A stretch of 64,000 nt of DNA from Amphiscolops sp. MND2022 (lineage: Eukaryota): positions 37,202,001 through 37,266,000 of the forward strand of contig OZ076409.1 in NCBI GenBank assembly GCA_964187785.1, in the 5' to 3' direction. Made by a program: the position numbers and the translations under genes. How positions within the stretch are numbered: the stretch's first letter is position 1; each line of letters starts with the position of its first letter. Below, one piece after another: positions 39,547-54,185 of this stretch. Below the pieces are notes generated by a model. It saw nothing but the letters and a program-made list of their open reading frames with translations, was not told the DNA's origin and ran no database searches.

Positions 39547-39663
39547 TTAGAAGTGTTCACGTCTCTTCACGGATGCTTGACTCTTGGAGACGGCTGAAGA
39601 TGATCCACTGAAAATGGAAGTGAACACTTTCAACGGCGCCGTCAGAAGCCCGTTTATAGCCAT
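39547..39663 (-). CDS. Putative 38-aa small-ORF gene (or the last exon of a longer gene)
   Basis: Strong polypyrimidine acceptor cccag|acgATG; MAINGLLTAPLKVFTSIFSGSSSAVSKSQASVKRREHF*; AATAAA at 39500-39495; TATAAAAG at 40562-40555 and donor gaag|gtttga at 40510. Confidence 0.5.
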   Translation of the reverse strand: MAINGLLTAPLKVFTSIFSGSSSAVSKSQASVKRREHF

Positions 39664-40802
39664 CGTCTGGGAAAAAATTGAAATTAAAATGAAAAAAAAA
39701 CGGTCTTTGCGGGTCAAAATGCCATTTGCGTTTTTCCAGATCCGGATAATTCTACAAACTTTCGACTTAGAAGGAGGAATTAAAACTGATGCGGAATGTT
39801 TCGTATTTAAATAGTCTCAACTGATCTGAAAACTAGTTCATGCATTTATGTAACAAATACAAAAGTTTGACACTGGTTGAACTTTAAAAACAGGTAAACT
39901 CAAAAATTGGACTTTTCTCTAGTCAGAAGCATCCAAAAACCCAAAAAGTTGAAACATGACTTTTTAAAACTTTATTATGAAATTACGAGAAAATCGCAAG
40001 TGACTCTCAAGTGAAATGAAAAAGTATATGTTCAAAAGAGTCACACGGTGCGGAAAAAACCCTAGATAGCTGGAAATCTTTTGGTCATCTCCATTTCAAA
40101 ATCGTTTTGAAAAATTAAAGAATTAGGGTAAGCCTTTTGCTAACCCAGGAATTAGTTAGTTCTAAGACCAATTCAAGAAATGGAGTTTCTAACAAAACAA
40201 CCCAAACCGTGAAACGAATACGTTTGAATTTTGTCAAAGAGGAAAGAAAGAAATAACCGAAAGATGTGACTCTTCAGGCTCGACAAACGCGGCGTTGTCC
40301 TAACTGACAACATCAAAAAACCGAAAAAAATACCTACCGAAGGATGAAAAAAAAAACAAAAAACATCTCTGTGCCAAAAAACTTGTGCCAAGAATATTTG
40401 ATAACAATAAGTGATTCAGTTTTTCAACAGCATCAAAAACTATCCAAATCAAATCATTCAAATCAAAGATTTCTGTGTTTTTAAGACCCGAAGGACCTAA
40501 TTTTCAAACCTTCACGAGCTGGCTGTCTGGTTTACTTCACTCTGGTGATCCATCCTTTTATATCCGTGTATCAAAGTTTTCAAAAAATGCAAGATTCGAA
40601 TCAAGAATTGCAAGGGTTTCCACAATGGTTAGTTAGCTCCTTCAGACACAGGGTTCCAAAAATGACTTAACTGTTCTACATGCCCGAAACTTTTCACTCC
40701 TTATCCAATATTTGAAAATTGCATGACAGTCCTTATTGATATTTTATACCCCTTTTAAAAATATCTTCGAAATTCAATTTTGATTTCTCAAAAAAACATT
40801 CA

Positions 40803-43800
40803 TGTTGTCAACCGTCGTTATATATTGAAGTATACCTAGAGGGCAAACTCTAGACTTGAAACTATTTATGTTGTTACTATCATAGAATCTGATATTTAGT
40901 CTGGCTGAAGTACCTGCTGCCTATAACATTATGAGTATTAAGCAAGACACACTCAGTAGCAAAAGATGGATCAGAAAATACAGTTAAATGCTAAACAATT
41001 TATTCACCTCAGAAGAGAATATATCATGGCGCAATCAGGCTAACGTCTAGCCAAGAACTTATTCAAGAATTCAGCCAAAATCCATCCAAGAATGGACGAT
41101 ACAAACAATACGCCACCAATGAATCGTGGCCGAACCCACCAGACGACGGAACAAGCTTCAGGCAGACTGCCGTTCAACGAAGCAACCACGAAAACAGGAG
41201 AACGGACTTGCACCCAAAAGCAAACCAAACCTATCTGGACAACTCCAATCAAACGTATGGTGGCGCAAGTACATCCAGTACATAACGATGACAAACATCT
41301 CAACTATGGTAAACTCAAAAGAACTTTTACCACAATACTGTGAGCAGCTACAAACCGAATTCAAAAACATATTGCTGTGGGCAATCGGGCAGAATGTACT
41401 TACGGAGATGATCAAAAGGGTAACGGAGAGAGAACCTAGCTTCCTACCGTTGTACAAACTGTATACATAATTCCGACTACACTACTCGCCAGAGAGAAAC
41501 GTACAACGCAGCCAGCTGAGCTGTTTTTTATTCAAAGGCGAATCAGCGGAGAAAACTGGAAAAGACTTTAGAAGTCGAAAAAATTTGCGTGTTTGAAATT
41601 GTCACAGTCGCAGAACTACTAGCATCGAATTTCCTACCACTTACAGGAGATTCTGCGAGCAACTATGAGCTGAAACAAAAATACGCAAAAGCGACACATC
41701 GGTCGAGGAAATAACAGGTGCAATACACGTACACATTTACGAGAAATTAAATGACTCACCAGAAACTGAAGAAGAGAAAAAAATCTGACATGTCGAAAAG
41801 AGAGAATTAAAGATTACCAGAGAACAGACAGAACGTAACATGAAATCCAGAAGAGTATACTGCAACAGATGCAGAGCACCAACTGGTCGCAACATCATGA
41901 AAGTCTCGTAAGAGGTCAAAAGTGCGGAAATTGCAGCAAAACTGGACATCATACTGCATACTGCCACTCAACACGGAAAATAATCCATATAGCGGAAACA
42001 CACAGCGTGGACGAGGACGAATACTTTCAATATACCAGAAGATCTGGGAGGGAGTTAACGGATTGTACCGCCGTTCTAAAGTACAACGCTATACAATAAC
42101 AGGTCAATCAAATTTATAATAAATACAGGATCACCAGTGCCTCTCATTCCGGTATCATAATTCAATAACATGACAGTAGTAAAACCGGTAAATGAAGATT
42201 ACCGGGATGTGAAAGATAATATAATGAAATTGGAGGGAAAAATCTTAGCAAATGTCCAACTAGACTATACAAAGCAGCAATTAGAGTTATTGATAACAAC
42301 CAAAAAAACACACGCATTACTCGGGCTCGATTGGATGGGAAAATTGGGGACCAGCCTCGAATCGGACAAAATCAACGCAAACATGAACCATATAAATAAC
42401 AACATTAATTCGGAGAACACATTAGACCGAAACATAGCGCCACTCAAACTTACGTTCAACAAATTGTTTACGGAAAATCAAACGGTAAAAAATCTGGAAG
42501 TGGACAATCAATCTAAAGATAAGGCAAAATTTGTTCAACAAAAATGTTCAATTCACTTTTAACCTGCAGTCGAAAAGGAAATCGACAAATTAAAAAACAA
42601 AGACACATCATCGATGATGCCAAAAATTTGGATAAAAACTGTTTTGCGAGTCTGCAGTAATCACCATTAAAAATACCATTCAGTAAAAATTGCTCTGAAT
42701 TATTATTGTTTTTAAAACTATAAAAAAACAGTGCAAAGAAACGCACAAATGCCTAATATGGAAGAACTGATATCGTGAAGATCCAGACAAAGAGCGGACG
42801 GACCGGCAGACGAAATATGGATATCAAAGTATGATCAAGATCACGCATACGGACAACTACAGCTCTCGAAACGAACAATGGACCTGTGCATTTTGCAAAA
42901 AGCGGAAGAAAATTTCCAGAGTACGACCGATATCTGAAAGAGTTCTACGGACTAGCCGACATATCAACAAAACTTAACGAAAAAAAAGTTGATCAAAATC
43001 TGGAAAACAAACACCCAGCTTGATTAGACGGTACTATATTAGTACCAAAAGGTTCTAAACACAAACACATAGACAAACTGAAAGACGTACTGACAAATTT
43101 GAATAAGCAGGATACAGATTGAGCGAAAACAAACCCGAACTATTCAAAAGAGAAGAAGAATGAATTGGACACAAAGTAGACCAGAACGAATCCAGACCGC
43201 TGCAAGACACAGTAAACGCCCTAGAAGAATTGAAAAGTCCCGAAAGCGAAGAGGTACTAAAATCGTTCCTAGCAACAATCCAATACCTGTCCAAACACAT
43301 TAAAAATCTCTCAACCCAGGCGGATATCTTGCGACAATTGCTCAAGAAAGCTAATCAAGGGAATTGGACGGAAGAATAAACAAAAGCGTTTAAAACTTGA
43401 TACAAAAAAGAACGGATATACCGTGTCTGGCACACTATAACTCAAATTCTTCGAACGTAATAACAACAGACGCTAGTGCGAAAAGACGGAGTGCCGCGCT
43501 GTGACAAGAACAACCGAACGGTGAATGAACACCGATCGGATTTGCCAGTCGTTTCCTTTCTGACACGCAAAAGAAATGCGCAATCAATGAATTAGATCTG
43601 TTATCCATAGTATGGGGACTAGACCTTAATCGTCTTACATCTATGGTAAAGCGATAAAGTTACTCACAGACCACCAATCATTAGACCCAATAGTCAAACG
43701 CAATCGATCAAACAAAACGTAGAGCGCACGGCTAACAAGATGGCCTGACCGATTACCACATTTCTAAATTAACATGATCCATATAACCGGTAAACACTTA

Positions 43801-46179
43801 TCATTGGCGGACCATCTCAGCAGAAACCAGTCCTCGTCACCACAAGCGGAAGACGCATACAAAACAGAAAACGTAATCAACAACATCCTATTGCACTACA
43901 AGTTTACAACCGAATGCCTTAGCAACCATTTCAACCAATCACAGCGCAGCATGACAATAACTAAGATGCAAAACAATTAACAAAATGACATAATACGAAA
44001 CGCGTGAACAAACCGCCATTGACTTCCTTATTACGACGCCAAATAGCTGTGCTGTACAAAAACCTAAAGAAATCGAAATGGATGTGAAAATCAAAAGCAA
44101 CTTTGAAACAATGGACCCATCTGCTGAAACCGAAAATCTAATCGGAAGATGGCGCGACACGGTCCCGCTCGGTATTTATCGTCAATTCGGCGGTTGCTGA
44201 AAAAAGTTCCACCAACCAAAAATCCTTCGAAACGGAAGAAGCATAGTCGAAGAACACTTACATCAAGCCGAAAGAAACCTCAAAAATAGAAACAATCGGC
44301 ACCAGGCTGAGGCTTTTAACCGCAAACGACATGGCATGAGCAATGGACCGTAGACCCATTGTGCGGAGTAGACCGTCAACAACAACAACCAGAAAAAGCA
44401 GAAGCGTCCGAAGAACAACCCGGGCCATCAGCATCAAGAAGAGGACAGACGTAAAAAGAGTACAAGCCGATGGAGGAGAGAGAGAGATAGAGTCGGACAC
44501 CGACCAACATCCATCGTCATTGGAGGTACCAGCAGTAAACTGAGCAACGTACAAGGGCGTCAAAAGCGTCCAATACAAAAAGATGGGCCTTGCACCCATA
44601 CTGAATGCTGAAGAACCGAACAGCTGGGACCTCAATAACGCAGTAAGCGAAACAGACAAATTTCTCCAAAGATCTCCAACGACTCGCACCTCCCAAAGGC
44701 ATTTGTTTGCATCGAACGCCAACAACAATACAATATGCCAGAATTTTTTATCACTTATAAAAAGAAACTTTCGACGGACAGATACGGCCTAGTGTTTTAC
44801 GAGGACCGTATTATCGTGGCCGAAAACCAGCGGTCAAAAGTGGGCCACCGCGCCAACAACAAGATGTCCCTAGCGGCCAGACAGTAAACCAAAGGAAGCT
44901 GGAGGCGGGCAAACGACGGTGAGATTTTCAAAAAGATTTCTAAATTTGAATGGCATCACAAAAACAATTAGGACGGAAAAGGCCAACGCGTTCGCGGCCA
45001 TAACGTTCAGAGAATGTTGCAAAAATAACACCAAAAAACCTATATAAGGAACACCGTACAATACAATCATGCCCAACGGGACTGGTCGAATGTGAAGTAA
45101 GAACACTAAATAAGACATTACTGACAAATATAAACGCGGGTGAAAAACTAAGCAAAGCCTTAGTCATAGCATTCAATGCTATGATGAAAACACTTCTTAC
45201 AAAAATAAAGAAATCCGCCTTTGAGATGCACTACGGCGGCGGACCGAACACCAAGATTAGCAATATTCTTAAACCCGATGTGTGAACGACATAACAGAAA
45301 CTTCAATTTCAGCAAAACAAGATACCCTGAAGTTATATTCATTCAATAGAGCTGGCGGTCCCTCTGACTAACTACCGATGAAACAGAAGAAAAGAACAAA
45401 GGGAGTTAGTAACTATTCAATTCTCTTCCTCGAAAAAAGACAACGAAACCAAAATTTGAAAGTGCCAACTCCGGTAAACCACAAAGAGCCATATCGGACA
45501 CTAAACATGCAACCACTACCTCTGAAAAAAAGTCCTACATAAAAACACATGATTAACCCTTTTGCTGAATTTATCCAGAAACCGAACCCAAAGGAACCGG
45601 GCCACGTGAACCAGACGGCCGATTCACCAAATTCCAAAGCTGTGCAGAAAACTTGAATCGGAGAGCGACTCTGGAGAACAAACGCCAACCCAACAACAAT
45701 CGAGAACCACGAAAGTAAATGACAGAAACTCAGCAGCATTGATCCAGTCGCCAACAGACACTAAAAAGAACGAACCTTTCGGAAGAGACGACCGAAGTTG
45801 ATCCAGAACAGACAGTGCTACGGTTCACCAATGGGTTCACCTCGACAACCGGACCAACACTAGGACAGCACTGGCCCAATAACCATCGAGGCCTAAAATT
45901 TGACGGATACGGAAGTAGACCGTGGCATTGAGAACAACAAAAAGCAAACAAAGAATTGAATTTATAAGACAAGAACGGAAAGGGAACTCTAACTTTAAAG
46001 AAAACTTTTACGGAGAGGAAGAAGAAATTGTGGAAAACAATTCAGAAATGGAAATGACTGAACTAGAACTACTTAACAATTCAATTTCAGGCACAGAAAG
46101 AGAACAATCTGCCTGAAGTACCTACTACTGCAACATAATGAGTACTAAGCAAGTGACACTCAGTAGCAAATAATAGATC
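40803..46179 (+). mobile_element. Decayed Ty3/Gypsy LTR retrotransposon
   Basis: LTR ends ...TATCA at 41026 then PBS-like TGGCGCA; broken RT (HAYGQL, FYGLAD), RNase H (TDAS, GFASRFL, TDHQ, ADHLSR) and integrase remnants; diverged LTR copy at 46110-46179; LTR start approximate. Confidence 0.9.
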
Positions 46180-46379
46180 NNNNNNNNNNNNNNNNNNNNN
46201 NNNNNNNNNNNNNNNNNNNNNNNNNNNNNNNNNNNNNNNNNNNNNNNNNNNNNNNNNNNNNNNNNNNNNNNNNNNNNNNNNNNNNNNNNNNNNNNNNNNN
46301 NNNNNNNNNNNNNNNNNNNNNNNNNNNNNNNNNNNNNNNNNNNNNNNNNNNNNNNNNNNNNNNNNNNNNNNNNNNNNNN
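46180..46379. other. Assembly gap
   Basis: 200 N. Confidence 1.
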
Positions 46380-47299
46380 TGACGATCCAAAGTTTAGGTG
46401 GTGTAGGTGGTAACTGCTGTTTTGCGGACTTACTGGTGGTCACCCAAAGTTCGCCGTAAAGTATTGTAACGTCTCCATATTGTATTTACAGACATGCTCG
46501 ACAGTTTAATGTTTGAAGGGACTAAAACTTCTTGTTGTTACTGATGACGGTGTCAGTCCAAACACCAGTCCTCAGAATTTAAAAGTTCCTGAGACAGAAA
46601 ATTGCATACTTCTCTGCATGCTGCTTCGATTTTTGAAGAACTCTTTAAATGAGTCTCTTCGCCTGTCTTTGCATACGGTGCTTGTGGCCGCTTTCTCGCA
46701 GCTGCATTATGCCAATTTCGTGGTAAGTTGTCGTAGTTTTGCGGTGTCTTAGCTCGTGAGCTGCTCTTTTTTCTTATTATATTTCTCATACCTGCGATCA
46801 AGGGAAATTTTCTGATTAGAACCAAGTTGCACGTTTTGAAAGACTGTCTAGTCGAAAAGAGGAAGATGCTCGTTACTGATGGTAATAAATTCTTGTAAAG
46901 GGGACCCGATAGAGGCCATTTTCCCGACGTGGATCCTGTCATGTGTGGCTGAAATGCCCCAATAGCTGAGAGCCTCTCTTCACAAACAGAGTTAAGGACT
47001 TGGGTACAATTCTGCAAGCTCTGCTTGCAGTGAACCTAGAAAGTCCGACATCTTTGAATATAAGTTCTCTGTTTTAGTTAATTTTGTTATGGGAATTATT
47101 CTTTGAAGAGATGTCCAATCCCATGATATCCGCTTAATTTGTGCTCTTCTAAGGATTTTCGATCATTTTTGAGGGTATTTTCATAATTTATCAATCCAAA
47201 AACTAGATTTCATGTTATTATTCTCTTCGTAATTCATCGAATCTAGGGTATTCAGTATAACGGCCAGTTCAAAAACTGGACCTTCTCATTAATTTGCAT

Positions 47300-47478
47300 C
47301 GATGATCATTCTCGGCATCGTGGATTTCATCCATGATTCATGGGTTTCCATCCATGAATCATCCATGAATCGTGGATATCTTTCCAAAATCATGGAATGA
47401 TTCATGACCTGGCGATGCATGAATCATGGAAGAATCATCAATGAATATCCATGATTTAGCCATGATGGTTAACCTGGG
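47300..47478. mobile_element. Right end of a CCC...GGG MITE with CATG-rich subterminal repeats
   Basis: catccatgattcatgg repeats ending aacctggg, like 57839-58631. Confidence 0.55.
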
Positions 47479-48852
47479 AACTGACTGGGATAATTCAGCA
47501 AGTGTTCCTAAGAAGTGGAAGTCCCTGACATGTTTTCCTCGGGAGACACACACCCATTCCGTAAGTTCCTTCACCTCTATTGAAGAAAGATCCGACGGTG
47601 ACAGCTTGTCGTTCCATACAACCCTGTGTCTTTTCTATTTTATTTGTGCGAATTTCGAAACAAGAAAAAATTGACTTTTTTGAACATGAATAATTTTGAA
47701 TACAACAATTCAATTTTTTTTAGAATAAACTTTTCAAATGAAGAAAAAATAGTTTATTTTCTACGTATTTTGCAATAATTCTTTCTATCCTCTTTACGGT
47801 CAAGTCCTAACATCAACCCTTTATGAACATGCGGTTTGCAAACAACTCTTTGTCTTCAGATTTATTTCTATCGCTTTACAGTCTTGCAGTATCTTGAGTG
47901 TTGGTCATCTTATTTTGTGCTTTCTTACCTTGTCCATAGATCATCTATAATGTCGACAAAAGCACAATAATCCAGTATCGAGATTTCTGACGATCATTTT
48001 CAGCTATTTATGACCTGAGACTTCATTTTGTCTTCAACGGATATCAGAGTTTGCTCAAAGAGTAATGAGGTCTTCTTTTTGTGGTACTCTTTATTCATTA
48101 CTAAAGGCCATACGTCTATCAAAACTCAACATTTTAATGCATTATTGGAAATAAATCTGCCGGTTTTTTATGATGCCTTGAAGTAGAATATTTTCTTCTG
48201 CTACATGAGCGAGATTTTCCGAATAGAACTTTGTTCATGATTTTAAATTCATCCAACTTAAAAGAAAAGGATGAATACTGTATTCAATTTTTGAAAAAGT
48301 TTAGCTTGAATATAGAATTTTTGACAGAAAATCGAAAGTTACTGATCATTTTGTAATTAACTCATGACTTAATCTCAGGTTGGAAGAAAATAATAACAAG
48401 TTTTTTGATAGAGAAATTCCGTAATTTCGAAATTTAACAAATTCAGGCTCTAGTACCCGTAAATACTAAAAGTGAGAATACTATTAAATACTTGAAGATG
48501 GATTGATATCGCAATTAGAGGCGGGATCTTATGAACAACCCTTGCTATATATAGAGGGAGATGTTATTCAGTTGATCATTTTGATCCATGGCTTATTGGG
48601 TTCTCAATTACCGATGTTCTGTGAATTCAGTCGCAGAAATGAGAAGCTAATTACCACTGCATGTGCGTTTCAAGCTGGTGATGATGAAAAGTCTCAAACA
48701 GGATAACACTCAACTCTTACTTGTATTTGAAGTCAATCACGGTATGTAAGAACTCATAACCAGTACCATATACCTTAATCGGATTTGACTTTTTTTTCAA
48801 AAACACAACTTTTTATCTAGTCGCCAAAACATCCTTGGACAAGAACTTGGGG

Positions 48853-51800
48853 TGTTAAAGAGCACGATAAAACTGAATGAATGTAAATACTGAATTCATA
48901 AATCAACTGTACTCAACGTAAAGACTATATGGTGAATGATCTTTCGTTCAAGTTTCTTCATTACAATTTGGTTGATCAACAACCTGTATCTCTTTTTAGT
49001 GAGTTACGTAGCATCGCTTAGAGCTCTGCCACATATATATTGTAGGCTACATGACTTCAATGATAATGTAATAATGGAGTACATCGTTTGTAGACAGTTT
49101 TTATTTTGTAGTTCTTGTTTCTTCACTCCCTTTTCTACTTCTCCCCTTGTGACTCTTCCCTCTCTTCTGGCAGGTCCCCGTTGTTGCCGGGATTCCTTTC
49201 CGCTAGCTGTTTCTTCTCCGTTAGAGAGTTTTCCTCCTTGTCGCCCCTTCGAGGTGAAAGCTCGGCGACCATGATGTTATGGCCATAGAAGTCTAGCTTC
49301 AGTTTAGTTCACCGCGTCTCGTTATTTTGTGTTCCTCGGCTTGATGTTTGCTTGGCTGGGTGTCGACATTTCTTCTTTTACTGGGCCCGTCCCTTTTTTT
49401 CTTCTTCGGATTCTGATTCCGCGTGAGGTTCTGGTCTCTTTAGTATCTGTATTTTTTTCTCATTCGCGATAGTTTCTTCGCTTTCTTCTGCTCCTTCCGG
49501 AGCTTCCTTTGGCGTGCTTTCGGCTTGAGTTCGCTCAATGCGGCTTTCCCTTGCCTAGTTTGCTCTTCCGTAGCGGCGCGATTTTTATTGGTTATCTCGC
49601 TGTCACTTGGTAGTTATGATTGGCTTGCCATTTCGTCCAATTGTGGCACTTCACACTCAAGTGTCACGTCGCTCTCAATTGTGCTTTCGTTCTTCTCTTG
49701 CTCTGCAGTAGCCGTTGCATTCGACGTTCTTGGCTGCCATCGGGAACAGCAGGGCTGGTCATCATTGCTGCGTCCCACATCACGTTTAGAGATTATTGTG
49801 GTTTGAGTTCTCCCGGCCGAAAGGATAATACTCGTGTGATTACTGTGTTCTAGCAGGGTCCCTTTTAGCTTTTTGGAAGCCCCTTCGAGTTTTGACTCAC
49901 GCGTTTTTTAACGGACCATCATTGCCGAATCCTGTCCCGACTCAAAATCTTCTCCAGCTAGTTTGACCTCTGGTGTCTCTGAAATGAACTGACTTCCGTT
50001 AGGTACTAATCGTTCCCTAGTATTCGGTTCCTGTCACGTAAAGCACTCGTAAAGCGACTTTCTATTGGCCGACGGGTTCATTCGAAGTGCGAATAGAATT
50101 TCTGGTAGACCTGATTTGTCTTAACTTAATATTGTCTTCTTATTCGTGCGTAGCCTCTCATGTACTGTTCGAATTAGCAGTTCTATTTCGCCATTACCTC
50201 TATGATCCCTAATTGGGCATTCAATGTAATTGATGAATCGCTTTCTACAAAGCTCCTTAAACTTGTTACTGCGGAACATTGTTCAGGGTCCGTTCTCATT
50301 GTCTTTGGAATTCCATGTCGTACAAAGTCCTTTTTTAGGAACTCACTTACCTTGTCCGTATTCGGTTCACGCAAACACTTTGCTTCCGGTCAACCTGTGA
50401 AATTCTCAATCGAGACTAAGATGTATTTCCTAGCTCCTATTGCATTTCGAAATGGCCTAGCGATATCTATTGCTATGTCTTGATTATCTCATTACATGTT
50501 AGTAGTTGACCTGCTTGGTTTGGTCTTAAAAGCAGTTTAATGCATTTACCGAAAGTTTCACATTGTTGGCAAGTTTGCGCGATTCCCACTACTTCGCGAT
50601 GAAGTCACGGCCACTACACATTGGCTACCTTTGCAGGCTTGCTGTCACGGCCTGGGTGCCCGTAATGCAGACTGCGTAAAATAATAGGACGTAACTCTGT
50701 AGGGATAACCAGCCTTTCATCCCAATGAAGGAAATCATGATGGTCATCCAGGCTAAAGATGGTCATACGAAACTTTCGTACCAGGGCACAGGAAGGCGAT
50801 TAATTTTTGTTGGCTCAGGCTTCTTGAGGAGATCGATGTATTTCCGAATAAATTCATCAGCCTTGAATTGGGCTGCAAATGTGTAATTCCCTAGATTCTG
50901 AAGGATTTCAAATCGATTGATTGAGTAAAACATTGGCATTCCCAACGGCAGTTTGTCGGCGAATTCAATTGTGATCGTTTCACACATCTCGCTATCTGAT
51001 TGGCTGACCATTAGAGAGCTGTTAACCGGTTCACAAAATGACGCAATTTTGTTCTTAATTGTTAGTTCCTCTTGTTTACTCAACGTCTTCAAGCTCACCA
51101 CTCCGCACGGGTCCGTCAGGTCGCTCTTTTCTGCCAACTCTGTTGTGATTGCCTGATTCTCTGTCTCTCGTCTAATTTGTTCATCTGAAACAATTTTCTC
51201 ACACTTTGTTTTGTTTACCGTGAACCAATTGTTCCATAACTCCTCCGCCTTTACCTGGACATCATTATTACTTCGGCCATTACTAGTCGACCATTTCCAG
51301 GGTTCTACCGTGTGCGTGCGTTACAGTAAATTGGAATGGCAGGAACTTATCTACCCAGCGCATTAGTCGATTTGAGTAACTTTTATTTGCCCTGTTTTTT
51401 ACAAATAATGTCAATGCCTTGTGGATCTGACACGACCTCAAGTTGCCAGCCTTATACAAAATTTCTAAAGTTGTCAATGGTCCAAACAGCAGCCAAAAAT
51501 TCCAATACGTTTATGGAAATTTTTGTTCGGAGAAGTCAGAAATCGTGATGCGAAATGTGTTTCCCTGCAACCATGCTCCGTTTTTGCTTCCAACGCAAAA
51601 AATTCGCAAAGGTTGCTCGCTTTTGAAATGGAATCGTTTTATTTCTGTGATCTTTTGAATTTCCTTCTTTAATGCTTGGAATGTTTTATCATGCTCATCT
51701 GTCTATTTCCATTCCTGTGCTTTGCTAAGTTAAGGTCGTAACGGTGCACACAATGTCGCTAAATGGGACTTAAACCTATTCATCTGTTTCAACGCTGCCA

Positions 51801-54185
51801 TTAAAGAGCGCAGTTTCCTTGGATTCTTTGGACGTAGTCGATCTGAAATTGTCTGAGTTTTCTGAAAAATGGGTTTGACTCCAGTTTCCGATAACTAGTA
51901 TCCCGGCCATTCGATCCTTGTTTGTGCAGTTCTGTATTCTTCCACTTTTATTCGGATGCCCACTCCGTCTGATACTTTTAAGAATTCTTCAACTTTTGCC
52001 ATGTGTTGGTCCTTTGTCCCTTTAGTGACTATAAGGATGTCCTTAATGAACGCAAATATAATTCTAATGTCATGCAATATCTGATCCAATATCTTTTGGA
52101 ATACTGAAGGTATTATCGTTAACCCATTATACCCGGTATTAAAGGAGTATGTCCCCGTTGCTCGGCCCCCGAGGATCTGAAAATTACAATGTCGGGCAGT
52201 GTCCGGGTGTAACTCCTTTTGTCCGTACGCATACAAAATTTCTAGAGATGTAAATCTGACTTCTCACTCACTTCTTTCATTTATGATTTCTGCCACTTGC
52301 TCCATCAAATTGTCGAGGTTAGACATCTGATATCCTTTTGGATGGCATCATTCAGGGATCTGGCATCTAACGCAACCTTCACAGATTTGTCTTTCTTGAC
52401 TGTAATGACAACGGTTTGTATGAAGACGTCATCGTTGATCTTCTCCACTCTTCTAATGTGGTCTCTTTTCAGCAACTTAATAATCTCTACTTCCACTGCT
52501 TCTTGCCGTTGTAATGGGATTCTGCGTCCTTTCTTTTGGATAAATTTGGCATCCTTCTTGAACTCAAATTTAACTTCATGGCCTTTTAATTTCCCTTGTC
52601 AAGAAAATAACTTTTAAAATTTTTGTTTCAGTGTTTCAATGGCCTTACGTTCAGAAATAGTGTTAATAACATTGAAATAATCACCATTTCCGTTGGCTTT
52701 CCCGACCCTGAAGTTGAGTTACGTGAGCAAGTCACGTCCAATTATTGATCCTTCTCCATCTCTGATGATCACGATTCTGGCGTTTTTCAGTTTTCGCTTT
52801 CCCACTTCGACGTCCATCGTCATGAAACCGAAGAGGTTTAATGGTTTATTGTTATAATCCACGTTTTGTTAGTTTTTGGCATTGGTCTTGCAACGATTAC
52901 GTCTTTTTTATCAATTTTTTCAGGTCTGCCTGCGTGAATATGGTGATCGGTGAACCCGAACCGATCATCGTTGCAAACGGAACATTGTCTATCTTGCCTT
53001 TATTCATAAATGATCGATTGCCTCCGCCGCCTACATGCAGCCCTATGTTGTCCTCATCTTGATCGTTGCCGTCCTCTAATTGGTTGCTGTCTTGTTCAAT
53101 CGGGTCGATCCGCCGCATAACGGTTCTATTCACCATCGTGCCTCTTCCCCTTTTGTTGCCAGTTTTTGGCTTTTTGCATATTAGCTCGAAATGGCCACTT
53201 AGCGCACAATTTCTACCCCTCTCATTCTTTGCCTCCCACACGGCCATGGGATTCTGGGGGAATTTTAGTCCACATCTGCTACATGGGTTATACTTTCATT
53301 GACTGTACATACTGGTTCGTTTTTGACTTCTTTCATCACATTTCTACCTCCGAATGTTCGATGTTGATTCATGGCTTCTCCCGTGAGCAATCGCAAATCA
53401 AAACGCCTCTTGTGTATCGTTTTTAGGTTCAGTACACAGCTTCTGGTACACGGTTTTATAGTTCATAATTTCAAAGAATGTGTCCCTTATGCGTCTGCTC
53501 GCCAAAGTCGCATTTCGAGGCCAAACCAGTTAAGTTTTGCTAAAAATGTCGGAGTGTTTCCTTGGAATTTTGCTTTCGTTAAACGAATTTGCATCTTTTA
53601 GGCGTTCAGCTTCTGGGTTTTCGAAACTTTTCGTCACACTTGCCTTTTATCTCCCGTAGTGCTACTGTGGCCACCCTCATGTGGGGAAACTTGTCGGTAA
53701 ATCTTTTCCTCGCTGTCGATCACAGAGATAAGAAAAGGACTCTTATTATTTTTCTTTCAGCCGCCTGCTCTGTCAGATAGCTTAAGAGTGCTGGTTATCG
53801 CAGTTGTTGTTCGGTTACTTCCCGTAACATTTCCGTCACTGATATTGAATAATTTGCAATGGTGGCAACCGTAAAGATGTCCCATCATTCCTCCCATTCT
53901 GTTCTGGGTGCTATGTCTGTCGAATCCCAAAAAGTTGGCAATCCAGACACAGCTGACGCTCCCCCGATGTTGACACTTCCTCGCTGGATTGTAGATCGCG
54001 CAGCGCCATGGTATAAGCTCAATAAAACTGAATGATTGTAATTACTGAATTGATAATCAACTGTACTCAACGCAAAGACCATATGGTGAATGATCTTTGG
54101 CTCAAGTTTCTTTAATACAGTTTTGTTGATCAACAACCTGTTTCTCTTTTTAGTGAGTTACGTAGCATCGCTTAGAGCTCTTCCA
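48853..54185 (-). mobile_element. Decayed Ty3/Gypsy LTR retrotransposon
   Basis: Diverged LTRs 54009-54185 (truncated) and 48853-49125; PBS-like TGGCGCTG at 54008-54001; PPT just right of 49125; remnants of gag (LPTFWD, knuckle), RT (LDARSLN, YAYGQ, FIKDILIVTKG) and integrase (HGIPKTMRTD). Confidence 0.92.
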
